This document shows positions 38,605 to 51,725 of a DNA stretch of 64,000 nucleotides, piece by piece. Location of the stretch: contig NC_043010.1 in assembly GCF_006345805.1 (NCBI RefSeq), positions 59,520,001 through 59,584,000 of the forward strand, read 5' to 3'. A program made the translations under genes and the position numbers. The stretch is from Octopus sinensis (lineage: Eukaryota). The notes under the pieces were generated by a model. The model had not been told where the DNA came from. It saw nothing but the letters and a program-made list of their open reading frames with translations, and ran no database searches. Each line of letters opens with the position of its first letter. Position 1 is the first letter of the stretch.

Positions 38605-38643
<39 letters not shown>

Positions 38644-38702
38644 AGCACACACACAAGCACACACACAAGCACACACACACACACACACATAAACACACAC
38701 AC
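38504..38702. repeat. Imperfect 41-bp inverted repeat around (TA)n, followed by (TA)n/(CA)n tracts
   Basis: attgcactttctgaaactggttaatacattttgataatgct ... agcattatcacaaatgtattaaccagattctgaaagtgcaat. Confidence 0.85.
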
Positions 38703-39271
38703 ACCTGTGCGTACGTAAAGTACATAACTAAGCATATTTTCATTGATAATTGCTCGACTTAAAATTGTTTGTCATGTTTAAGGGAAATAACTCAAAGTTC
38801 CATAAAATATTTGTATTTTGACCTGTAAAAATATTGATGCGAAGTTAGATTCCATTGTAAAATGAGAGTCAAAATATCAATTATGATCTTGCCCACAATT
38901 CACGTTTCTCATCTTTAATTAATTTACTTCAAAATTAGGCAGATTAATATTTGTTTGAGAGTACTTATCTGGAAATAAGTGCCACTTTTACTCTTTAAGT
39001 CTTCAGAAATTCTATGAATCATTGAATCTTAATATACATAATTAAATTTGGTGAGAATTGGTCATATAATTCTTGTCCACTTGTACATGATATTAAGAAG
39101 AGTAGCATTGCTGCTCTTCATTGAAAATATTTTTATGAATGAAATAAAGAAAAGAAACTTGGTTTGCAAATCCATACATTTCTTATTGATATGAGATACA
39201 TATTTTTTGTTTCAGGTTTAATTTTACAAACCACCTTTTTCCTGGACACTGTGTTAATATCAAGTTCAGAA

Positions 39272-41629
39272 ATGTTGCTATTTCTCTGTGTTTTACTGAC
39301 TTTCTTCCACTGTTATCTAAGTGAAGATATCACATACCATGTTGAAGAAGAGAATAGTCCCTACACCTATGTAGGGGACATTGCTACTGACTTACAGAAA
39401 TCAGACAGCTCCTTCTTAAAGAATAAGGATTTAATTACATTTAGTCAACTGCAACAAAAGGGAGAACAGTTGTTCAATGTGACGAGAACAGGTAAACTGT
39501 ACACTGTTGAGACATTGGATGCTGAGTCTGTGTGTAGTTATGAGAAAGAATGTTTTGAAATCGTTAAAGTTGCTGTTCACAAATCCAAGACATTTATGAA
39601 GATCTTAAAGATTAAAGTCATAATAGAAGACATCAATGACCACCAACCTGAGTTTACTCAGAAAGAAATTACTCTACATTTTAGGGAAGGAGATGGTAAA
39701 GGTATGAAGAAACCCATACCTAATGCTATTGACAAAGATATGAGTCCAGAAAACAACTTAATTACTTATGAATTAAAAAAAGATAATGGACATTTTTCTT
39801 TATCAGTTTCTAAACAAACTGATGAAATATCAACGTTAAGAATTATTTTAGAAGAGAAATTAGACAGAGAAAAGAAGGACAATTATGATATTGAAGTCAT
39901 TGCTAAAGATGGAGGAAACCCACCAAAACAATCTGTTTTAAATGTGAAAATATCTGTGGAAGATGAAAATGATAATGCACCACAATTTTCTCAAAGTATC
40001 TACAATGTCTCTATTGAACATAAACATAAAAAGAATATTCCAGTAGTCACATTATTAGCCAATGATTTAGATATTGGCAGGAATGGTAAAATATCATATT
40101 ACTTTGCCAGGAAAACTACTGAGAAAGTGAAGAGACATTTTAATTTAGATGAAAATACTGGGAAATTATATTTAGCTACATCTTCAGAAATTGATAAAGA
40201 AGAGTCTTTTAAAATATACATTGAAGCCAGAGATGATGGCACACCTCCTCTGAGTTCCATAGCAACGGTTATAGTAAATGTCATCAACCAACACAACAAT
40301 CCCCCAAATATTGATGTGAATTTTATTTCTACACAGAATCACAACACAGCTACCATTCTGGAAGACATCAAAGTTGGTAGTTTCATTGCTTATGTGATGG
40401 TCACTGACAACGATGTTGGACACAATGGACAGGTGAACTGTCATATCAAAGACGACACATTCAAACTACAGTCAATGGGATCGAAGGAATATAAAATAGT
40501 TCTAAAGAAAGCAGTAGACAGAGAGACACAGGAACATTATCACTTTACTGTGTCGTGTGAAGATAAAGGATTACCTGCTCTGAAAACTGATAAAGATCTG
40601 TCAATCCAAGTGTTGGATGTGAATGATGTAGAACCACACTTTACGAAAGACACATTCAAGTTCCTTACCTATGAGAATGACAAAGCTAATTTCCCTATTG
40701 GCTTTATCAATGCTACAGACCCAGATATTGGTAAGGGAGGTGAATTGTCTTATTCTCTGAGAAATAAACAGCAATATCGTCTGCCATTCCAGATTATCAA
40801 CTCTGGCTTTATTTCAACAAACCAGTCTTTAGACAGAGAACACAGAGATTTCTATGAGTTTGAGGTTTTTGTGAAAGACAATGGAAGCCCATCTCTGAAT
40901 AACACAGTGAATGTTGAAGTGGAAGTATTGGATAGAAATGATAATGCTCCATATTTTACATTTCCTAGTGTTGACCCTTTCACTCTTAATGTCCACTATC
41001 ATCCGCAAAGTAAGAACGACATCACAGTTCTGAAAGCATCTGATATAGACAGTCACATGAATGCTTTTCTCAGGTATGAAATCGTTTCAGGTAACGAGAG
41101 ACAGTTATTTAAACTGGATTCGTTCACTGGTGTGTTATCTTACTCTCGCACAGTTTACCAAAATGATGCTGGATCATATGAGCTTGAGTTTGTTGTGAAA
41201 GACAGTGGTACTCCAGTTCTGTCAGCAACAACTAGTGTGTCTTTGACACTGACTGTTAGTAACAAGACGTCACCAATGTTCACAGCTGTGCACCTACCAA
41301 GTGATAACACAATAGATGCGACATTGTTGATTATCATTGTAGTAGCAGCTGTGATAGTATCTATAGCTATTGTGGTTTCTATAACCCTGTGTATTGTGAG
41401 ATGTAACAATGTGAGAAATAGCTCATCTGAAAGAACAGCAGAAGAGAAACAGGCATACCAATGCCGCAATGAGATGAGACAGTTGATCTATCAAGGTAAC
41501 AACAGTGTACCTGTGATGTCAGGTAATCGAGGAGAGATGTCAGACAGATATGGTCATTCGAGGAGCCATTACTATCCTGAAGACTGGAAGACAGCAACGA
41601 TGAACAGAACACTTCAGAAGTCTACAAAG
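39272..41629 (+). CDS. PCDH: Protocadherin P6 large exon coding part, intact (exon acceptor at 39215/39216)
   Basis: 830-aa ORF 39164-41656; signal ATG 39272 (MLLFLCVLLTFFHCYLSEDITY); 2358 nt to donor AAG|gtaagc, same as P4, P5 and P8. Confidence 0.97.
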
Positions 41630-42269
41630 GTAAGCCTTATTTTGATTGACTATTAGATGGCACCATGTTTACATGAAAGTTACTTTCCTCTTTGGAAATT
41701 TAAGAATACTGTTTGCTGTCCAAATGCTTTTGGTTTAGATTAGCTCTGAAGAATTTACTGATATGGTGCAGAGATGACAAATGCCTTCTGTTTCTTGTTC
41801 AAATCCAAGAGAATCCCTATTAGGAGTATCAAGGGTTCATTCATACACTGTAGAGCATCAGTGACTTAATTAACCATTGTACGTTCTTACCATTTGTCAA
41901 TAGAATCTTTGCTAATTTTATGAAGACTATTGATATAGCAGTTCAGATGCCTCCAGGCTTGTATGGCAATTATACAGACACATGCACAATATGAATTTGT
42001 AGTATAACTAATAAAGGAAGATGTAAAAATTCCATGGACACTATTTGCTTTTTCAGAGTGAGCTATAAAATAATGATTTGTGATGTGTCTAATTTTAGTT
42101 AACTTGTTCTAGTTAGGTGCTCATATGGGCAGTTAGGAAGAATAGCTTGTTAATAGTATATTATTACATACATGTACCCATCAATATTTAAGAATTAGCT
42201 ATGTAACAGGTTCACATTTATAAATGATACCATTACAATATATTTTGTTGCTATTGTATTTTCCAGCAG

Positions 42270-42420
42270 AAATACAGTCAACCAATAGAGGTGACATCTT
42301 ATGGAGACAACAGACCATCTTCTCACTATCCCACTGACACACTGGCCAGTCGTAAGAGCAGTGGACAGTGCTGGAGTGAGCGGTCAAGTAGACAGTATGA
42401 AGAAATACCAGCAATGTCAG
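42270..42420 (+). CDS. PCDH: P6 exon 3
   Basis: ttccagcag acceptor (alt 42267), 151 nt. Confidence 0.9.
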
Positions 42421-43658
42421 GTAGAACACTCTCAGCCATTTGCATTTGTTATTAATTTCATTATCATGTCTCTCATTCTTGAAGTCACTCTCATGAAACT
42501 CTTTAATCTGTTAATTAATATAAAATTCGTATCCTGAATTCTAATCATGATTTTTTAGAAACAGCCTTTGTGACATTATGTAATGTATTCTCCTTAAAAT
42601 ATATCAACTAATCACGACATAGAAAGCTGTAAGGAAACTTTTAGAAATACCAATATATACTTAAAGTGACAATATAATACTTTATACATACACACCAAAT
42701 CTCCCTGTACAAAGCAAAGATGTATAGAGGACCTCCCCTATATTACATACTGTCATTGACTTAAACATGTATCCTGTTGCTCAACTCGCTGTAATCTATT
42801 CAAAAGTTATTGTGAATGCAATTTACATAATATAAAATGTCATTAGGTGGTTATCACAGTATTGTCCAGAATTAACTCTAAACACTGAAAAAAACAGAAA
42901 ACATTTACATGATCTGAACTATGTTTATATTTCACAAAATATCTTCAAGAACCTAACATTAGGAACATTTACAAGAGTATTCAATTCTTATTCATATTCT
43001 GGTAGTTATAAGTACACAGTTTACAGGAATCTAAAAAGGTATTGCACTTTTTTCTACAAAATATGGTGTTTGTTCCATTCAGCTAAGTGTTAGGGACATA
43101 AATTATTAAACTGATGCGGAAATACAAATTGATAAAATGACTTTTATAAAATCTGTCTATATGAATACAAAAATATTTTGGATATGGGTTTTGTTGTGAG
43201 TGACATTTCTTTGTATATTATTTATACTACATTTTCATATTTACACTATATTTATATATTATTTATGTATTTATTTATTATTTACACTAAGTTTTGTAAC
43301 TTATCCCTTGTGATGAATCTCCTTCAAATTCAGATATATATCTACTCACCTTGTCAAGTTCTTAATTTCATATATTTTAACCTGGTCCAGTATTTTCATC
43401 ATTAGTCCCTTGTTTTTCATTATGTACAATTAGTTGTTCATCACAATATACAGGTAATTGTGGTGTGATTTATAATACTTTTTGAAACTAATGGAGCAGA
43501 ACTATTTAATTAAAATCAGTAAACAACATAATATATTGTACAATTAAAACACATCTAAATTTCTTTTAAAGGTTTGACAGTTTTTTTCCCTGACATAAAA
43601 TACCTACTGACTATGTGACTTATTCAATACATTTATTTGATATATATGTGTGTTTCAG

Positions 43659-43780
43659 GAATCTATGGTGGTGCCCCACCCGATGTATCAAGCACCAGTG
43701 AGAGAGACCATTACCAAGACAGATATGTGAAACCTCCAGAGAGACAGTTACCTTCAACACCAGATGTTGTTGCCAGTTAA
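43659..43780 (+). CDS. PCDH: P6 terminal exon 4 (ends DVVAS*)
   Basis: tgtttcag acceptor, 122 nt to TAA. Confidence 0.9.
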
Positions 43781-44273
43781 GTTAACACAACAGAAATAAT
43801 ATCACCTTCAACATTCACACAACATTTAAAACAGCAGAAATATATTAGTTACATCATGATATTGCTTTCATATGACTGAATTCCTTTCTATGCATTTCAA
43901 ACTATACATATTATAAATAAATCTTTGGAAGGTTTTTACAGATGAAAAAAATAACCATCAGTTATAGGCATGAAAAGTTTCAATCAAAATATAACTCTCT
44001 GTAATTACATAAACTTAGGTAAGATTAACATTTTTGGAAATTTTAAAATAAATTTTTCTCTTGGTAAAAATAAAATTTAAAAGTAAAAATGCTTTTGAAA
44101 ATGTGTTATTAATGAGTTATTAATTAAATTTTAGGATGTGAGGAAATATCAGCCCATGCCAGCATGGAAAGTAGATGTTAAGTGATGATGATGATGACAG
44201 TTTACATGTATATTCCATATAAATCTTGAATAAGGATTATATTACATGGTAATATTTTAGGAAATAAATAAGA

Positions 44274-44490
44274 CAGTGAGCTGGCAGAATTATTAGCACA
44301 CCAGGTGAAATGTTTAGCAACATTTTGTCCATCTTTGCATACTGAGTTCAGATTTCATCCCGGTCGACTTTACCTTTCATCCTTTCAGGGTTGATAAAAT
44401 AAGTACTAGTGGAGTACTCGGGTCCATGCAGTTGAGTTACTCTCTCACCCCAAATTGCTAGCCTTGTACGAAAATTTGAGACCAATATTT
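44274..44490 (+). mobile_element. SINE between the P6 3' end and the P7 promoter
   Basis: gagctggcagaatt...acctttcatcctttcaggggttgataaaataagtac. Confidence 0.75.
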
Positions 44491-44551
44491 CAGGAAATAT
44501 AATTTATTTACTATACATATCAGTACATCTTTAAAGTTTCAAATCCTGATT

Positions 44552-45092
44552 GAGAGAGTTAGTTTAGAATTAGGTCAGACACACTATTATCATCAATATT
44601 CTGTTTATATTTTAAATTACACACATTAACAACATCAGCCATATTTTGTTAATATAACCTCTCTGTTTTAAGTATTTCTATGTCAGTCTCTCTCCACATC
44701 AGACATGTTGGTGTTATATAGACTTATCATGGCTGACTGTTAGTGGAGCTGATAGTTTGTTGTCCCTCACTTTTCTTTGTGAGGGAAAACACAACACCAA
44801 ATCTGAGTGAGGCTGGAGTAAGCATCACCCATCACTCTTCCCCTCTTTCTCTCTCTCTCTCTCTCTCACTCACTTACATGCATACACACACATACACTAA
44901 ACACCACACATCCACAGAGGAAGACTGAGAGGGAACTGCTGGTTCCCACTGACTCACCACCAACACTATTCCATCAACATGAAGCCATTGTCACACCATA
45001 GCAGCAGTGACACAGACAACCATTAACAACAGAACATTGGGACCAAGTCACAGTTTATACAACAAAGGATTTTACACACAATGAAGGTAAGT
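44552..45092 (+). promoter_or_regulatory. Promoter core plus leader exon 1 of P7
   Basis: Conserved block; ATG AAG 45081-45086, GTAAGT at 45087. Confidence 0.7.
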
Positions 45093-46419
45093 TTGTTATT
45101 CCATATTATTTATTCAAATTATGTGAAATAATGATTTCATTTATAACTGTATTGTAGCCTCAAAATGTAATATTGTAATGGTGGCCATATTAGATTTGTG
45201 TTATTTCTCATTAGTTTTCCTTTCCATCATGGCAATCAAGGATTTCCTTTATAGAAACAACATTTAATATGAAGAATATATGTTCAAACTTACATAATTA
45301 ATTTTCTTCATAATTATATATCCTTATTATCTTCATTCACTTGTTATGAGTATTATATCTCATTCTGTTCCTAGGAAATGAGGCCATTAGATATTTAGTC
45401 TTTGTATTTATAAATTATTGCACATAATAATCATTTAACTATATTAAGTAGTATAGCATTTCTCTATTAAATTTCACAAATTACATAATAATACAGTTAT
45501 TAATAATTCTGGCTGCTTCCTGTATTAGTGTCTATCTGTGTTTTTACTTGACTATGTGTTCTTATCTGTGTCTTTGTGTGTAATGAATAAAATATATCTG
45601 GTTGTTAATTTCATCTTGAGCATTATTTTCAGAAAGGTTAGTTTTATTCCATCTTGAGAAGGATAGAAAAAATGAGTACATTTGTTAAGATATTTATTTG
45701 ATTTAAAATATTAGCAGTGACGAACTATATAGAACATTAATATCAATAGCTTGGTAATTTAATTTCTTCATGAGATATTTATAATTTATTCAACTGTTAT
45801 TCTAAGTCTGTCATAGTGTTGCAGTCATATAACAATTAACAAATTAAATGTTCTTTATGTGCATAACAGAGATTTAAATTGAAATAAACAAATGCAATTA
45901 CTCTTTATATCCTATAGATTTATTATTTCACTGTAAATTTGTTATTTTCAAACAAATTTCTGTGTAAAAATTACGTTTTTTCTGCATCATGGTGCTATAT
46001 TAATGACTGGAGATCAATCTCTTATAACACTACTGTCATCAAGGCTGAACCAAGTAATAAAATATATGTTTCTAATTAACTTGTAATGAAAGCAGATATC
46101 CGAATGACATATTTTGTATTAAATAGATTAGAAATTTTTTATCAATTGAGGAAAGAATGTTACCTGATTTCTGTCTTGTGTAGTAGAAAGGTGAACATTT
46201 CAAGTTTTGAGTCATTTAAAGTAGAAAGAAATTAATTCTGAATCAATCATAAATCATCTCCCTCCTACCCCTGTCCCTCCTCATATACACACAGAGGACA
46301 TTCAGCCTAGATTCGACAGTTTGCATAAAAGGTAAAGAAAACAATATCCCCTCCAAAAATAAAAGTATTTTAAAAACATCAAAAAACATCAACCATGGCT
46401 CAGAGATAACAGTTTACTT

Positions 46420-47060
46420 GAAGTAGCTGCTGCCTTTAGCTTTCACCTTGGCTCTGGAACTTGGCCCATGTGTTCCTCATTGCGTCCTGGGAAGATCTTT
46501 GGACACTTCCTTCATTTTGACTCACACATACTAATCCATGGGATTTCAATTAGGAGACCAGAAATTGGGGCTGGTGAAGTCATAGAAATTCTCAGACAAC
46601 CATTTCTGACCCTTTCTGAAAGTACGGCAAGGATCCGAATCCTGCTGCTACACACATGGCCTTTCAACAGCAACTCTCTCCAACCAGGTATTGACCACAG
46701 CCTGCAGCAGCTTCACATAGCCTTCTGAATTGAGTCTAAGGCCCTGTTCAGATTTGTGGGGATGAATTCTGGCATGTGGTCACAGTCAGAACGCTTGCAG
46801 TGTACCTTCCTGCTGGCCTTGGCTTCATAGCCTCCATTGCAGCTTGCTATGTTGTGTCTGCAGCCTTTACACTTTCCACAAAGCATTGAATAACCATGAT
46901 GACATCAGCATTTTGACACCCGGCATGAATCATCATGAGATGGGTAACTCTTTTCCCGTATTCAGATGGTTTCGGTTCCTCCATGTCAGCTAACTTTATC
47001 TCAAGTAAAACTCTGATCTCTTTGCTCTCCACTACTGTCAACTGTTCATCAATACATTAA
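46420..47060 (-). mobile_element. Tc1/mariner-superfamily transposase relic
   Basis: Minus strand reads GLRLNSEGYVKLLQAVVNTWLERV..RPCV*QQDSDPC..QKWLSENFYDF..NFWSPN*.NPMD*YV, matching the catalytic-domain pattern QQD.AP.H..W...WP.SPDLNP.D. Confidence 0.75.
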
Positions 47061-47142
47061 GCTGTTCCTGAAAAAAGGAGACAAAAAGAATTGTCAAATT
47101 TAGCCTGAATTCTCTGTATATAATCAGTATATAATATGGATT

Positions 47143-47621
47143 CATCATCATCATCATCATAATAATAATAATAATAATAATAATTGTGTACAGTGCTCAG
47201 GTGCACTACAACTCATCTAAAGTGTATATATAATCAGGTGTAGTTTCGGCAGATTTCGGAAAGCATGAGGGCCTTAAAGGATGCAGTGTCATGGCAGTCA
47301 ACAACTGACGCAGGCAGTTTATTCCATGCTTCAGCAACTCTGAGCATGAAAAAATGTTTCCGAAAGTCATGGGAGCTGTGTTGTTTTCTGACTTTGTAGG
47401 CATGTCCACGTGTGTTAGACACATGGAGATCAAAAAGGTGTTCAGTGTTGTTGTTGGTGAGGTGGTTGATAAACTTGTGGGTGTTTACCAAGTCCGTCGC
47501 CAGACGCCGGAGCTTCACTGAATCCATGCCCAGGGAAGCAAGGCGCTCAGAATATGGTAGGTGTCTGATGGAGGGTATGCGTTTGGTTGCACGTCTCTGG
47601 ACAGATTCCAGGAGGTCATGT
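47143..47621 (-). mobile_element. 5'-truncated CR1/L2-like LINE (ORF2 C-terminus, 3' UTR, (TTA)n/(ATG)n tail)
   Basis: ORF 47234-47527: TRGHAYKVRK..RKHFF..RVAEAWNKLP..VV...SFK, a characteristic CR1-group ORF2 end. Confidence 0.85.
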
Positions 47622-48280
47622 TAAAATAATTCTGTTACAAAATACATGGCAGAATTTCTTTCGTGTATCATAAAGTTATACTTATTCTATAAAGATAGTT
47701 TGAAATGTTATTTTCCATATCTCTAGATGGTAAAAATAATATAAAAATAATACTGTAGTCTCGTTATGGTGAATGAAACTAAGGGAACTAACTCTAAATT
47801 TTTTATGAACTGAATGTGTATAAAAATGTTTTATATCCCGTTTTGTTACACTATTGTTTTCTGTTATGTTTTTATCTCCAGTAATCAATTTGTTCCTCCG
47901 TTGGAACCATGTTTTTGTTCATACGCACTGGAGTTAACAAACTATACTCACTAGTCTTATTTGAGCCTTCAGCTTCATTGAGTGTGACATTCACACAAAA
48001 AATTTTGTTTCCCTATTTATCTTTAGTTAGTGAGCAATAAAATTCAGTCTCAAAAAATAAAAGTCTAATTGCTGTAGTAACCTCAACTGAATCAATGTTT
48101 TATATGAAAAAAAATACAAAAAAAAGTGTGATATTTTTGTTTGCTAAAACATGAAAATTTCCTGAAGTGTGAAATTCCAAACAGTATATCTTCACCCCTC
48201 TAAATGGATGGAGCCACAGAAATCAACAACATCCCATACACTGCTGCAATATAGTTTGTATGTATCTATGACAATATGAG

Positions 48281-50532
48281 CAGGGAGTGGCAAAAAACCT
48301 TTACTAGTACATTGAGGAAAGCAAGTAAAGTGGTTGATGTCATGTTTATCCCTGGAGCCACAAAATCTGCCATTCATTCTAACTAAAATAATTTAACCTC
48401 CCATTGCATGTAATGTCATTTATGGCACATGCTATGTCGTTAATGACATTTGTATGTCATTAAATGTGTAGGTAATATCAACATTATTGCATCAGGGGAC
48501 GTTTTTATATTATTACCAGTTTCAAATAGGCCAGGCTGTGTCTTACCTCTGGTAACTATTTTGATTATATAAAGCAACAGCTTTCAACATTTTTTTCATT
48601 CCATTTACCTCCTGACAACATTTTGAAAGTAAATTTACCTCTGTACTTTTTCGTTCAGTAATTGGAATTTCTACTTTCACTGTAGTAAATTATCTGATAA
48701 AGAGGAAATTAAAAAAAAAACTAGTTTTTAAACATTAAGTTCAAATAACTGTATCAGTACAACTAGAACATAACTATTACTTAATTTATTTATGGATTAA
48801 GAATAATGGATATTAGAACCTAACACAGTATTTTTAAATTACCAGACAACCCATTAATAACAAAATAATTAACAAGTATACAATTCAGGTTGTTAACCCT
48901 CTTGTGACACCCAGGCTGATTGATTGGCCCAAGTGTGATACCAGCTGAAAGGACTTTGAAGTTGATTCATTGGCCTTATCAAACCAACGTTTTGAAGTGT
49001 AATAGCCAATCAGAGATCATCTTTCGGTAGATATAAAACTATATAATATGTATGGTTTTACATACTAATAAAGTAGCTTTAGGTACTTTATCCTTTGTTT
49101 TCTACTTGCACCCTTCAATTTCAATCTTAACAGAAAAAAAATTTGGTCTTTTTGGCTACACATACTAAAGCCCCATGTCTGAAAAGGGTTAAGTCCAAAG
49201 TGGTAGAAAGGAAAATACTTGTATTTCTTCACAAAATAGACCTACTTTAAATTTTTTCTCAGCTTCAGGTTTTTGAAAATTATAATTGGAAAGAAAATTT
49301 GTACAGATCCAGAATCTGCAAATGGGTAGACAAAATTCACACACTGGAAGAACATTTACCTTAGTTTGAGGGATGACTTTAAAGCAAAACACAAAGTTTT
49401 TCTTACACAATATGAAAAGGTGCCCATTCTTAGCCTTTTCCCCATATTTCTGAAATGCAGTGCTAATATTAACATTAGCAGTTGAAGCATTCATCTTACA
49501 ATTCTCATCAAAGAGAAAAACTGTCATGAGAAATATAAACTTCTGAATTAGAGTCTTTTAATGCTTTTTCAATAGAAATAAATGTTAATAATGTAGCTGC
49601 AACTAAATCCGGTTTGAAAGCAGTTTAATTGTTGGCTAAGAAAGGAGAATTATTTACTGATGGTATGTCTAGAAAATGGGATTTAGAGAGTTGAAGACAA
49701 AAGAAACAATATGCTGTGTTGTTTCTTATAGAGACAACACAACTTGTTGAAGACAAGACTTCCAGCTTTTGTTGGCTCTTAACGAATGAACAGATGTATC
49801 TGACAGTTTGGTTATGATATTGTTCATTCAGAGAATTAATGTTAACTTTGAAATGATAGAAAATCTAACTTCAGTGAGCACCATGCATGGAAAAAACTAT
49901 TGATAAAGACATTTTCAATGAAATAGAGAAGTGGGGTCTGATTTGGAAACATTAACCTTTTTTCACTTCCAGCTCATTACTTGAATCACTTTTTTGGTTG
50001 TATTTCTTCTAAAGCAAATTCAGATGAAGATGTAAATTCAGATAAAAGTGTTTCAAATTCAATTTATCAGTATTAGTGGAGAACTTCTCTTAGATCTTGA
50101 AATGAACAAGAACAAAAGGGAAAACTTAATTATTTTAATGAATCACTCTCAGGCAATTTATACACTGCTTTAAAACCCAGGGTTGGCTTTCAGTATTTTG
50201 GCACAATCTAATTGCATGAAAAGACCATTTAAAAAAATGTTGTATGTTAAATCCATGTATAGGTCAGTGTTACATGATCACCACTCGCAGTCAGTTTTGA
50301 TCACAGGAACCACAAAATTTTAACCCAAAACTGAATATATTTTGTCCTTTCTTCACCCCCCCCCCCAAAAAAAAGAACTTCAAAAAGTGAATGTAGAAGT
50401 TGTAAGTAAATATTTCTATCATGTCTCCACAGCCATGTATGATCATGGTTACATATCTTTATATTTACCTTGGCCACGAAAACTCAAAAATATTTCCAAT
50501 TTGGCCTACCTTCAAAAAGTTTACTGATCCCT
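48281..50532 (+). mobile_element. Degenerate hAT (SPIN/Charlie/GTF2IRD2-like) transposon relic
   Basis: ~49780-49930 reads LLALNE*TDVSD..ILFIQRINVNFEMIENL..MHG..DIFNEI, like the hAT motif FSLALDESTD.SD..QL.IFIR; possible decayed TIRs cagggagtggcaaa (48281) and aaagtttactgatccct (50516-50532); ends uncertain. Confidence 0.55.
48893..49192. mobile_element. TTAA-flanked piggyBac-type MITE nested in the hAT relic
   Basis: ttaa|CCCTCTTGTGAC ... GTCTGAAAAGGG|ttaa; TIRs match 9 of 12. Confidence 0.45.
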
Positions 50533-50887
50533 ACTCTTAACTATTATCTCATGGAAATATGTCAAGTGTAATGATATTAGAATTGTTAATATCAAAAGGA
50601 GCCATATGATATTGTTTTTATGAATTTTGTTCTAGGCTTGATGTGTTCTATATTTTGTGTTAGGATTGACTTTAAATGATGGAAATCTTTTCATCTGAAA
50701 GATTATTTGATTCTCTGAGACTTCATTGGTACAATGTTGTCAGCATCTTTCAATTACTTTTTGACACTGAGGTGTTGTTAAAACTCGTCATTTAGATGGT
50801 TCAGGATCTTTTAGTGATTGATACCAATATATTTGGAGCATTTGACTTTAAAACTTTTTTACAATGTTTTTCATATGTGAAATAATG

Positions 50888-51097
50888 GTTTCATATTTCA
50901 GCACAGGTCCAGCAATTTCAGGGGTGTGGAGGTTAAGTCACTTGTGTCGACCCCAGTACTCAACTGGTACTTATTTTATTGACCCCAGGGAGGAAAGGCA
51001 AAGTTGACCTTTGTGGAATTTGAACTCAGAATATGATGAATGAAATGCTGCTGAGCATTTCGCCTGGCTTGCTAACCATTCCACCTGTTTGCCACCT
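50888..51097 (-). mobile_element. SINE (reverse orientation)
   Basis: Reverse complement of the gagctggcagaat family. Confidence 0.75.
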
Positions 51098-51157
51098 TGC
51101 TATGTGAAATAATGACATTAAAATGTTTGTTCGTAATTCAGTTATGATGTTCTGATA

Positions 51158-51430
51158 AAGATTATAAAGGTATTAATATAATTTTAGAAAACTGTGTAGT
51201 CCCTTTGTCATGAGTTCATTCATTCAGTAATGGTGTTCTACTGGACTTTACCATCATGTCTAAATTCTATATCCAGAACACACCTGTCGCTCCAGGAGCG
51301 ACAGGTGTGTTCTGGATATAGAATTTAGACATGATGGTAAAGTCCAGTAGAACACCATTACTGAATGAATGAACTCATGACAAAGGGACTACACAGTTTT
51401 CTAAAATTATATTAATACCTTTATAATCTT
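51158..51430. repeat. Perfect palindrome: 136-bp arms, 1-nt spacer at 51294
   Basis: 51158-51293 is the exact reverse complement of 51295-51430 (centre cgctcc-a-ggagcg). Confidence 0.97.
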
Positions 51431-51725
51431 AGTATAATGGTAGTATACAGGCCTATATGTTCTTATGTAAATATATACATCCATAGATTTTCACCAGAAA
51501 TACTATTTCTCTTTTCCACCTGTGATTCTCATTTCAGGTCATAGACTATTATTTCCACCTGTAATTAGTATATCCTTAACAGATCCATGTAATCAATGTG
51601 TATTCATACAATCTGTGATTTCTAACAATAATTATGATTTCTAAGGCATCTTCTCACTTTCAAAACATTTTTCTGTTTCAGATCAACAATTTAATATCAA
51701 CACTTTAATACCATCAAAAGCAGAG

